Positions 28,978 through 37,009 of a DNA stretch of 48,576 bases are shown piece after piece. Below the pieces are notes generated by a model. That model had not been told where the DNA came from. It did not search any database and saw only the letters and a list, made by a program, of their open reading frames with translations. This DNA is from Bdellovibrionota bacterium. Its GTDB lineage: Bacteria > Bdellovibrionota_C > UBA2361. Location: the NCBI GenBank assembly GCA_044352465.1, contig JBILDU010000009.1, forward strand, positions 1 to 48,576, read 5' to 3'. The first letter of the stretch is position 1, and each line of letters starts with the position of its first letter. A program made the translations under genes and the position numbers.

Positions 28978-30639
28978 ATGAAGGTCGTTCAACAGATGTG
29001 CTCCGTTCTCTTTTTTACTAACTTTTTCGCTCGTTTTCGTGTCCCCCGTTCTTTGGGATCACGCCTCTCGCTCTCCCTCCGCCGCCCCTTCCCCCGCGCC
29101 GTCGGTGCTGACGTGGTATCTGTCGCCCTTCTCGGGATGATGCTTTTAGCCCCCGACTGCCTCAGTCGAGCGCACGCAATAACCCTCGATACCTTCGGCG
29201 AGGCGCCGGCGGATGGGGTCCAGCTTTCATCGAATGTTCCGGGCGTGACGCGGAGTCAGCATTTCCCCTCTGTAAATGGGATCGGTGGGGGGCGGTCGCT
29301 GTCGGTAATTAAAATCGGCTCTACCTTCGGGTCGACCGAGATCGGCATCTACTCCTCTTTCCTCGGATACACTCAGGGTGCGCACGCCGGTATCGGTACC
29401 GTCACCTGGGATGGCGATACGAACCACCAAACGCTTAACCCCGTTGGACTCGGCGAGATAGATCTCCGCGAAGACGGGGGCTCAGCGTTCGTCATGAATC
29501 TTCTCTTCTTCGACTCGCCCCTTGCGAATCAACCGATCGAACTCGCCCTACGGGTCTACGACGGTCGTTTTGGAGGGGGTTCACGATTCGCTGAGGTCAC
29601 GATTACAATCAATCAGGGATGGGCAGGCCCTGATAGCTTTCCCCTCGTTATTCCCTTCACCCTGTTTGAGACCCCCGGGGCCGGCTCAATCGGCGCGCCG
29701 AACGGTCTGACCTTTCCCACAACCACCGTCTTCGGGGATGCTGAACCCCCTAGCCTGCGCCACGTAGGTGCGGTGCGACTCGCTTTCAATCCCCGGATTC
29801 TCTCGACCCCCGCGCTCGATGTAACGCTCGGCTCTCTGACCACAAACGGCCGGTGCACCGCAATCCCCAGTATTGGCGGCACCGTTGTCGATGAGTGTGG
29901 AGTGTGCCTCGATGACCCGGCGGCGAATCAGGGCAAAGACCGCTGCAACGTCTGTCTTGCCGGGCCCCCGGGGTACTCGTACGCAGCGAACAAGGCCTTC
30001 GATGGCTGCGATCTGTGCCCAGGAGAGACCGGCTACTCCTTCCCTGCGGGAGTGAAAGACGAGTGTGGCACATGCCTTAATGGACCAGCTCCGTTCAATT
30101 ACGAGGATCTTCGCGACGTGTGCGGTGTCTGCAACGGAACGGCCACCGACCCCGCCACATGCCAAGATAACTCAACGTGCGTGACCGCCCAGCCAACGAC
30201 CCAGATCCGATCTTTTGAACGGCGCTTGTTGGAAAAGGCCACGACGTTGCGGGCCCGTTTTCTGGGCGATCTGAATCGATGGAAGCGGAAGAAATGTGGG
30301 GTCGGTTTTGGCCCCCTGGAACGACGAGTGCAGCGTTCCTTCGATAAAATTGTGCGCCAAGGCCGATCTATATTCACCCAAGGGATACGGGTGTGTGGTG
30401 GTTCGTGTGTCACCGTGTCGTACGCCAACGAGGTGGCAGCGCTGACACCAGAGTTTAAGATGCTCGAGGAGATGACGAGCCGGGGCGCACGCATGGTACA
30501 ACGGTGCTATCAGCGTCGCGGGATTACCTCGGCCGGAAGCTCCTCCGGTCAGACGACCCGCCAAACTATCGCCGAGGTACGCAAAGGGCTTAGCGTCCTT
30601 ATCAACGAGTGTAAGTCGAGTCGGGTATGTCGGCCCTAA
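28978..30639 (+). CDS. Secreted Cys-rich repeat protein (start uncertain; GTG 29113 or ATG 29137 possible)
   Basis: Hydrophobic stretch ending AHA, a beta-rich N domain, five D-x-C-x-x-C repeats, and a basic helical C domain with further Cys. Confidence 0.75.
   Translation: MKVVQQMCSVLFFTNFFARFRVPRSLGSRLSLSLRRPFPRAVGADVVSVALLGMMLLAPDCLSRAHAITLDTFGEAPADGVQLSSNVPGVTRSQHFPSVNGIGGGRSLSVIKIGSTFGSTEIGIYSSFLGYTQGAHAGIGTVTWDGDTNHQTLNPVGLGEIDLREDGGSAFVMNLLFFDSPLANQPIELALRVYDGRFGGGSRFAEVTITINQGWAGPDSFPLVIPFTLFETPGAGSIGAPNGLTFPTTTVFGDAEPPSLRHVGAVRLAFNPRILSTPALDVTLGSLTTNGRCTAIPSIGGTVVDECGVCLDDPAANQGKDRCNVCLAGPPGYSYAANKAFDGCDLCPGETGYSFPAGVKDECGTCLNGPAPFNYEDLRDVCGVCNGTATDPATCQDNSTCVTAQPTTQIRSFERRLLEKATTLRARFLGDLNRWKRKKCGVGFGPLERRVQRSFDKIVRQGRSIFTQGIRVCGGSCVTVSYANEVAALTPEFKMLEEMTSRGARMVQRCYQRRGITSAGSSSGQTTRQTIAEVRKGLSVLINECKSSRVCRP
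29890..30132 (+). repeat. Five D-x-C-x-x-C protein repeats
   Basis: DECGVC, DRCNVC, DGCDLC, DECGTC and DVCGVC at 16-21 aa spacing. Confidence 0.85.
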
Positions 30640-30653
30640 CAGTGGTCTCAAAA

Positions 30654-31139
30654 ATGGGCTCCGGCCTATTTTTGAATTTGCTCGTCGTCCTGGCGTTGGG
30701 GAGCACCCTCGTTCCAGCGGCACACGGCCAGCTATACGAATGTGATGGCCGCTGGACCAATAAACCGTGCGCTGGGAAAGTGGCTCGAGAGATCGCCGCG
30801 ACCTCCCGCCCTGAGAAGCCCGTTGAAAAGTCTACGTCAGCCATAGGGAAAGCACCGGAGCCCCTCGCCCCCCGTTACAGCCTTATCCGTAAGTTAAAAA
30901 AGCTCAACGACGAGTACGTGGAACGCGGGATCCCGAGCCTCAACGAAGCGGAACTCGATGGGTTCGAGTCGCTCTGCCTGGACCGGAGCAAACCCTTTGT
31001 TGACTGCCAGAGCTCATTCAATGAAATCTCGAATCGGTTACGCGAGTTAGAACTAACCCGCGAAGCTAACGATCTCGCGGCGGAACGCAACGAGATCGAG
31101 CAGCAAAAACTGGATCGAAGAACTGGGATCCAACGCTAG
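30654..31139 (+). CDS. Secreted hypothetical protein with DUF4124-like N-terminus
   Basis: Signal peptide ending AHG-Q, then LYECDGRWTNKPC. Start moved to the ATG at 30654 to avoid overlap with the upstream gene. Confidence 0.65.
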   Translation: MGSGLFLNLLVVLALGSTLVPAAHGQLYECDGRWTNKPCAGKVAREIAATSRPEKPVEKSTSAIGKAPEPLAPRYSLIRKLKKLNDEYVERGIPSLNEAELDGFESLCLDRSKPFVDCQSSFNEISNRLRELELTREANDLAAERNEIEQQKLDRRTGIQR

Positions 31140-31523
31140 GGCTCCACGGAGGAGCCCGTGGGGTAAGCGTCCGGAGCGACGGTAGATTCGCGCGCTCCTC
31201 CCCTCAACGCCACCAGCCCGAAAAAAACACCTCGACCCATTTTTTTTTGCCCTCGAATCTCAAGGCCGAAGCAGAAGAGTTCGATGCCAATACTGGCCGT
31301 CGGAAGGCCTCGTACCTTCCGCTTTCGACCGTTAATTGAGCCGCTTAGAAACGGCTCAGAGGGAGCTGTGCCCGCGATCCTCGCGCATCGCCGAGATGGC
31401 GTCGGTCCGGGCCCTCCCTGCCCTTTTCTCCGCGTCTCTCACGCGCGCCGGCTGTGGTGACCCCTCCTCGGGGCCTGACCCGATAAATACAGACAATCAG
31501 GCGACACCGGTGTATCGTCAGCT

Positions 31524-31958
31524 ATGCGGCCTCAATCAAACCAAGAGCGGAGTTACGAGTTCTTCCGCGTCAGTTATCCGGTTGTTTTCTTGTGCTGCCT
31601 TGTCGGCGGAGCATTCCTCATCTTTACCGTCTTTCAGCCCCAAAGATTTCTCGGCTGGATCGGTGTCCTCAGCGCCCTTACTATCGCACTCAATTTCTAC
31701 GCCATTCGAATCTCCGTCGACCGAGAAACCCTCCTCGTTCTCTACGGAATCGGGCTCATCGCGCGGGAATTCGATCGACATGAGATTACCGGATTCTCAA
31801 TGGTTGAGAATCACTCCTTTCATGCGATCTACTCCGCGGGGGCCGATCAGGTGCCACAGCTTTCGTTACGAGATGGTCGAACTATCGTCCTTCCAGTGAC
31901 CGACACCCAACGGCTCGCCCAGGTGCTCAGGGTGCGAAACAGGACAAGTCACCGCTAG
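31524..31958 (+). CDS. Small membrane protein (two TM segments plus a PH-like soluble domain)
   Basis: Two adjacent hydrophobic helices, followed by a beta-rich segment ending LRDGRTIVLPV. Confidence 0.65.
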   Translation: MRPQSNQERSYEFFRVSYPVVFLCCLVGGAFLIFTVFQPQRFLGWIGVLSALTIALNFYAIRISVDRETLLVLYGIGLIAREFDRHEITGFSMVENHSFHAIYSAGADQVPQLSLRDGRTIVLPVTDTQRLAQVLRVRNRTSHR

Positions 31959-31964
31959 GTAGCG

Positions 31965-31987
31965 TTCCCCATACTCAAATGGGTAGT
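31965..31987 (+). repeat. 23-bp imperfect repeat, copy 1
   Basis: TTCCCCATACTCAAATGGGTAGT is 18/23 identical to the reverse complement of 32747-32769. Confidence 0.7.
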
Positions 31988-32040
31988 GCGGTTCATAAGC
32001 GAGGCGCGGCCAACCCCATGGCGGTGGCGGTCGAGCTTCG

Positions 32041-32598
32041 AGCGCGTTAAATAAAAGCCAAGAAGCGCTGTTTTTCAAACAAGCATAAGGCAGCCTAAAA
32101 AGTCTTCTCACCGCAGAGCCGGTCTGTCGGTCCGGAGCACTATAAGAGCCGAATATCAAAGCGTTACGAGCATGTTCCCGATGCTCGCACGTCCTCCCTC
32201 TAAAAGACCGTTTTTATGCAATACACCCCAGCTCCGATCTATTAACATTTTTTAGCCGCACGAACTTCGGGGCTTAAAGGACCTCAAGCGGCAGTCGTGA
32301 AGCGATTTTTACCTAAAAAGTTTCGGTAAACGAAGGGATTGCGAACGGGGCTCTTGAACTCTCTTTTCTGAAGGGCTCGGCGCAGACCGGATTCGTAAGC
32401 ACGACCTTTAACGATATTCTGCTCGATCGTGCCACTATACCGGAGGACTACAACACGTTGACGTCTGCACAATCGACGATCGTGACCGACGCGGCGGCAG
32501 CGGTTCTGAAAAACCCCGGTCAAGCGCCGAGGCGGAAAGCTTACAAGGTTGAGTGCAACGTTTCAGCGTATGAGGGATTAAATACCCCGCTGGAATAG
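32041..32598 (+). pseudogene. Possible degraded gene of unknown function
   Basis: Start-less 93-codon open frame at 32317-32598 reads protein-like. The same frame continues upstream but has TAA stops at 32086, 32143, 32275 and 32314. A perfect hairpin follows. Confidence 0.3.
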
Positions 32599-32621
32599 TC
32601 GTCGCACCGTGAACGCATAGC

Positions 32622-32654
32622 CCCGACAAGCCATCGTCTCAATGGCTTGTCGGG
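32622..32654. terminator. Perfect 13-bp stem hairpin
   Basis: CCCGACAAGCCAT-CGTCTCA-ATGGCTTGTCGGG, between the remnant frame and the convergent flagellar operon. No U-tract. Confidence 0.55.
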
Positions 32655-32746
32655 TTGCTGAGGACTCAATATGCTCCAAGCTGCGCAGAGCTGGATTTTT
32701 GAACCTGTCCGTCATTTGGAGCGTGTGTGTCGGAGGCCTGGCCTCG

Positions 32747-32769
32747 ATTCCCCAACTGAGTATGGGCAA
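32747..32769 (-). repeat. 23-bp imperfect repeat, copy 2 (inverted)
   Basis: Minus strand reads TTGCCCATACTCAGTTGGGGAAT, sharing the core CCCATACTCA..TGGG with copy 1. Confidence 0.7.
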
Positions 32770-32775
32770 TTCAGG

Positions 32776-33390
32776 CTACGCGGCTCCGCGTTTAAGAGTG
32801 TACGCCGCTTTCAATTTAAGGACTTTCGCAACGTACTCCCGAGTCTCCCGATACGGAGGAATACCGTTGTAACGCCGCACCGCCCCCTCCCCGGCGTTAT
32901 AAGCGGCGAGCGCTAGACGGTCATCGCCATTAAATTTCCTACGTAGCTGGGCGAGCAGGCTTGTCCCCCCACGGATATTTTCACGGGGCGCAAACGGATC
33001 TTTCACGCCGAGACTTTTCGCTGGAAGGGGCATCAGCTGCATCAGCCCTTTTGCTCCCTTCGGCGATACAGCCAGGGGATTAAACGACGATTCGGCGTGA
33101 ATGACCGCGGTGACGAGGTCGCTGTCGACGTCGTGTTCCCGAGCTGCCGCGACGATCTCGTCACGATAATGATGCAAAAACAGCTTGGTCGAGCGGGGGG
33201 AACGGCGCACCTTGAAGAAGGACCCCCGCGCTGTACCAAAGAGAGCGCCTCCGCGGCTTGCGGCGTCGCTTTTATTGGTGAAAAGGGGAGAACGATCAGT
33301 TCGGGCGATGACGTAGATCTGCTCACCCTCAACGGTCGAAGCAGCGCCGAGCGCGAAAGGAAGGATCCAGCGTAATATCGCCTGATTCAT
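32776..33390 (-). CDS. Lytic transglycosylase (Slt family)
   Basis: AVIHAESSFNP (catalytic Glu), GAKGLMQLMP, ENIRGG, LAAYNAG and IPPYRETREYV. N-terminal signal peptide. Confidence 0.93.
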   Translation of the reverse strand: MNQAILRWILPFALGAASTVEGEQIYVIARTDRSPLFTNKSDAASRGGALFGTARGSFFKVRRSPRSTKLFLHHYRDEIVAAAREHDVDSDLVTAVIHAESSFNPLAVSPKGAKGLMQLMPLPAKSLGVKDPFAPRENIRGGTSLLAQLRRKFNGDDRLALAAYNAGEGAVRRYNGIPPYRETREYVAKVLKLKAAYTLKRGAA

Positions 33391-33424
33391 GGTAATTCCT
33401 CGTTACTTGATTCGCGTGGTGCGC

Positions 33425-34270
33425 CTAAGGATTGGCTTTACCGCTGAGCAGTTTCGTCAAAGCAAGCGCCTTCTCAGGCTTCATCGTGGCTAAAATCTGG
33501 CCGATACGTTTCTCCGGCATTTTTTCAATCAGTCCCAGTGCGATGGTAACATCCAGCTGCTCGATCAATTGAGCCGCTTCTTGGGGATTCATTGAGCCGT
33601 AGACGTTCGCGAGCTGTTCAAGTTGCCCGCTCCGTTTGCGTTGATCGCGATCCCGCTCAGTACCAAGCTTCGCCGTCAGATCCCGGAGCTCAGCCAGCCG
33701 CGTTACAAATTCCCGATCGCGTCGGTCGAGATCTTCAGAACGTGCTTCGATCTTCTTGCTCCGCTCCTCGAGCTCAGCACGGCGTGTATCAAGGGAGGTG
33801 AGTATCTTTATCTCCTCGCGGGAGAATCCATCGGCCGGGAGGCGTGGGGCCGCCGGTGCCACCGCGATACTGGCTTCCGCCGGGGTGACCGTGGCGAATC
33901 CGACCGCTTCCATCGCCGAAAGTGCGACCTTAAAAGAAGCCACACAGAGAACAAACGCGATTGCGGAATTACGCCCCCATCCCGGGGTCGGAGAGATGTC
34001 TCCGGCGAAGTGAGTCATCGGTGGATTATCATCAACAGGCGGAGAATCGACTAACCCTCGACCGCCCTTAGCCGCGGCGAGATCATCTTTCTTCATCGCT
34101 TTCGAGATCTCACGCGCGATCATCTCACCAACGCTGGCGGATTGAGCCCCTTTGCCCTTGGCTTTAGCAGCACCGCCTCCTGAGCGCACCGATGCCATCG
34201 CTTTTTGAAGGTCGCGGTATAGCTCCGCCGCCTCTTCACGCGACATGCTCTTGCCGTTCTTGGCCGTCAT
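33425..34270 (-). CDS. MotE/FlbB-like flagellar protein with MgtE N-terminal domain
   Basis: TM segment, coiled coil, and LANVYGSMNPQEAAQLI..MPEKRIGQILATMKPEKA. Lies directly after fliJ. Confidence 0.78.
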   Translation of the reverse strand: MTAKNGKSMSREEAAELYRDLQKAMASVRSGGGAAKAKGKGAQSASVGEMIAREISKAMKKDDLAAAKGGRGLVDSPPVDDNPPMTHFAGDISPTPGWGRNSAIAFVLCVASFKVALSAMEAVGFATVTPAEASIAVAPAAPRLPADGFSREEIKILTSLDTRRAELEERSKKIEARSEDLDRRDREFVTRLAELRDLTAKLGTERDRDQRKRSGQLEQLANVYGSMNPQEAAQLIEQLDVTIALGLIEKMPEKRIGQILATMKPEKALALTKLLSGKANP

Positions 34271-34758
34271 ATCCGATCTCCTTTGCTTGGACCCGCGCCC
34301 GTCCCTGGGCTCTCCCCGCTCTCCTTTTGACGCTCCGGCGAGCCCTTCTGGATCGTAAACTCGTCGAGAAACTTCTCGTCTTCTTTGAGGACGTACTCGG
34401 CGTACTCCGCCCTTCGCTTTTCCTTCAATACTTCCAGAGACTTACAATCTTTGGACGCCTCAACATACCTCGTCCGAGCTTCAAAAACGGCGTTCTCGGC
34501 CGTCTTAATAACCTCGTGTTGGGCGGCGATCTCGCCTTTAAGACGGGCGCCATAAAGACCCTGGATCTGGATCTCGGCAACGCTCATAACCGCCCCTTCC
34601 CTCAATCCCAGAGCTCGCTGAGCGCTCTCCAGCTCGGCCAGGTGAGCCTCAGCGGTCTGAAGGGCGTAGTTCGCCTCAAGTAATTCGCGCCGACGCTCAC
34701 CTCTCACCGTCTCGCGGTAGTGGAGAACTCTTTCTAGTCGGAAGCGAAATTTCTTCAC
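34267..34758 (-). CDS. fliJ: Flagellar export protein FliJ
   Basis: MKKFRFRLERVL, coiled coil, and LEVLKEK..E.KFLDE. Follows fliI. Confidence 0.88.
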   Translation of the reverse strand: MKKFRFRLERVLHYRETVRGERRRELLEANYALQTAEAHLAELESAQRALGLREGAVMSVAEIQIQGLYGARLKGEIAAQHEVIKTAENAVFEARTRYVEASKDCKSLEVLKEKRRAEYAEYVLKEDEKFLDEFTIQKGSPERQKESGESPGTGAGPSKGDRI

Positions 34759-36095
34759 GCCGTGGCTCCCTTAGCTCCCGGTCCCTCGGCGTGAGTAATC
34801 CTCTCGACCAGCTCCCAACTCTCCGCCACGGTGACTTTGTCGCTCGAGCGTTGCCGCAGGAAGCCATTCAGGGAATCGATAAGCGATACCGCTCGATCGA
34901 CCCGCTTATTCTGGCCCGGTTTGTATGCACCGATAGTAATCAGATCCTCCGCCTCACGATACGTTGCGAGGATATCGCGGGCCTCTCCGGCCACATCAAG
35001 TACCTTCTGCGGCACGATATCGGACATCACCCGGGATACCGACTCCAAGAGCTCGATCGCTGGGAAATGACCCTTGCCGGCGAGGCGGCGACTGAGAACG
35101 ATATGACCATCAAGAATACCCCGCGTTGCGTCCGCGATGGGCTCGTTCATATCGTCACCCTCCACAAGGACGGTGTAGAGACCGGTGATCGATCCGGGTC
35201 CATCGGACGTTCCCGCACGCTCAAGTAGACGCGGAAGCATCGCAAAAACCGACGGCGTATACCCACGGGTGCTCGGGGGTTCGCCGATCGCGAGCCCGAT
35301 TTCCCGCTGCGCCATCGCCAGACGGGTAACCGAGTCGAGCATGAGAACGACTTTCTTGCCCTGATCGCGAAAATGCTCTGCGATCGCGGTAGCTAAGAAC
35401 GCTGCGCGAATCCGCAGGAGCGACGACTCATTACCGGTAGCAACGACAACGATGGAGCGTTTGAGTCCCTCCTCTCCCAGATCACGCTCGATGAACTCAC
35501 GCACCTCACGACCTCGTTCGCCGACGAGACCGATGACGTTGATATCGCTCTGCGAGTGACGCGCGATCATCCCCAAAAGGGTCGACTTGCCGACGCCGGA
35601 GCCCGCCATGATACCTACCCGTTGCCCTGCCCCAACGGTGAGAAGACTATTAATCGCTTTCACGCCGACATCGAAACATTCGTCGATGCGACGACGGGTA
35701 ACGGGATTTGGGGGCTGCCGATAAAGCGGCACCAGATCCCCTACCATCGAGAGCGGGCGTTGATCGATCGGCTCCCCAAGTCCATTAATGACCCGACCCA
35801 AAAGATGCTCTGACACAAGCACTTCAGACTCAGTGCTCGACGCGGTAATCGTCGCACCCGGGGATATTCCATCGAGATCGGAGAACGGCATGAGCAAGAT
35901 TTTATCACGCCGAAAACCAACCACTTGGGCCGGTATCTCGCGGGTATTCGAGTGAACGGTTACGTGCGCACCCATCGGCACAAACGGCCCGCTCCCTTCG
36001 ATGACGAGGCCGGTAACATCGGTCACCACGCCACGCAACTCGAATTTTGAGGCGAGTTTCAGCGCTGCATTAGCCCGGTCAAATGAGGAACTCAT
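34755..36095 (-). CDS. fliI: Flagellar export ATPase FliI
   Basis: AGSGVGKSTLLGM, GERGREVREF, DSVTRLAMAQREIG, LLERAG and VLVEGDD. Confidence 0.94.
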   Translation of the reverse strand: MSSSFDRANAALKLASKFELRGVVTDVTGLVIEGSGPFVPMGAHVTVHSNTREIPAQVVGFRRDKILLMPFSDLDGISPGATITASSTESEVLVSEHLLGRVINGLGEPIDQRPLSMVGDLVPLYRQPPNPVTRRRIDECFDVGVKAINSLLTVGAGQRVGIMAGSGVGKSTLLGMIARHSQSDINVIGLVGERGREVREFIERDLGEEGLKRSIVVVATGNESSLLRIRAAFLATAIAEHFRDQGKKVVLMLDSVTRLAMAQREIGLAIGEPPSTRGYTPSVFAMLPRLLERAGTSDGPGSITGLYTVLVEGDDMNEPIADATRGILDGHIVLSRRLAGKGHFPAIELLESVSRVMSDIVPQKVLDVAGEARDILATYREAEDLITIGAYKPGQNKRVDRAVSLIDSLNGFLRQRSSDKVTVAESWELVERITHAEGPGAKGATA

Positions 36096-36907
36096 CGTGC
36101 CGCCTTCACTACCGCAGCATTAATACGCTCCCACGCTTTGTCGAGCTGAAAATCGATCTCGCCGGCCGATGTCTCCACGACACACCCCGACTTAATCGTG
36201 GGGTCAGACTCGAAGGACCACGTCCCATCGAATCCACGCACAATCTTTGTGACACCAACAACCTCAATAAACTCCATGTCAGCTGGGCTCACCCGCACCT
36301 TCCGCACTGCGGCACCTTTCGCCAGAGTCAAAGCTTCGCTGAGGATCGGCACAATATACTCAGGATTAATCTCAACCGCTGTGCCCACCAGCTTCTCGGC
36401 CACCTTGATCGCAAGGTCCACCGAACTCTGCTCGAGTGCCATGAGTTCGGCATTTAACTGACCCTGTAGATCCTGCAGGACCGTCTCGACCTGCTTCGCC
36501 ATGGCACCTATCTTTTCGGCCTGCTCACTCTCGGCTTGCGCTCGCGCTTCCTGCTTTCCCCTTTCGTACGCCTCCGCGCACATCCGCTCAACCTCGCTCT
36601 CCGGGACCATCGGTACGACCTCAGCCTGCACCTCCTCGGCGATGCGGCGAGCGCGCTCGGGAGAATGGGCGAGCTCGTCCGGCAAATGCCAACGACGGTC
36701 CCGACCAGTTTTATCTACCCCACCGTAGTCCTCAAACATCGGGTCGTTGGCAAGAGCAGCAACCCGGATTGTCGCGAACTCCATCGGCTCGAAATCCTCG
36801 CTATGGAGCCTTTCCCCAACGATCTCCCACGATTGGTCCTCGTACGGCGTCTCGACGAAAGAACTAGCGATCGACTTCCCGGTGCTGGTGCCGTCATTTT
36901 GTTCCAT
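36092..36907 (-). CDS. fliH: Flagellar assembly protein FliH
   Basis: AYERGKQEA, VDLAIKVAEKLV, VRVSPAD and GCVVETSAGEID. Precedes fliI. Confidence 0.85.
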   Translation of the reverse strand: MEQNDGTSTGKSIASSFVETPYEDQSWEIVGERLHSEDFEPMEFATIRVAALANDPMFEDYGGVDKTGRDRRWHLPDELAHSPERARRIAEEVQAEVVPMVPESEVERMCAEAYERGKQEARAQAESEQAEKIGAMAKQVETVLQDLQGQLNAELMALEQSSVDLAIKVAEKLVGTAVEINPEYIVPILSEALTLAKGAAVRKVRVSPADMEFIEVVGVTKIVRGFDGTWSFESDPTIKSGCVVETSAGEIDFQLDKAWERINAAVVKAAR

Positions 36908-37009
36908 GCTGGTCTATCCTCTCAGTCTTTCGTTTTCGAAAACTCAGACGTATCTCCAAAAATGAGCTCCGGCCCGTCACGAAACCCACAGCCATTTCCG
37001 ATATGGCTT

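Noticed and set aside
29890..30132. Multiheme cytochrome or ferredoxin reading of the CxxC repeats
   Set aside because: No CxxCH motifs and no CxxCxxCxxxC spacing.
32284..32523. Basic 79-aa minus-strand ORF resembling a small ribosomal protein
   Set aside because: TTG start, no RBS and no ribosomal protein motif. It is antisense to a more protein-like frame.
32655..32775. 6S RNA- or tmRNA-like look (TTTGAACC/GGTTCAAAAA; TCGATTCCCC)
   Set aside because: There is no complementary second arm for a 6S rod, and no tmRNA acceptor stem, T-arm or CCA end.
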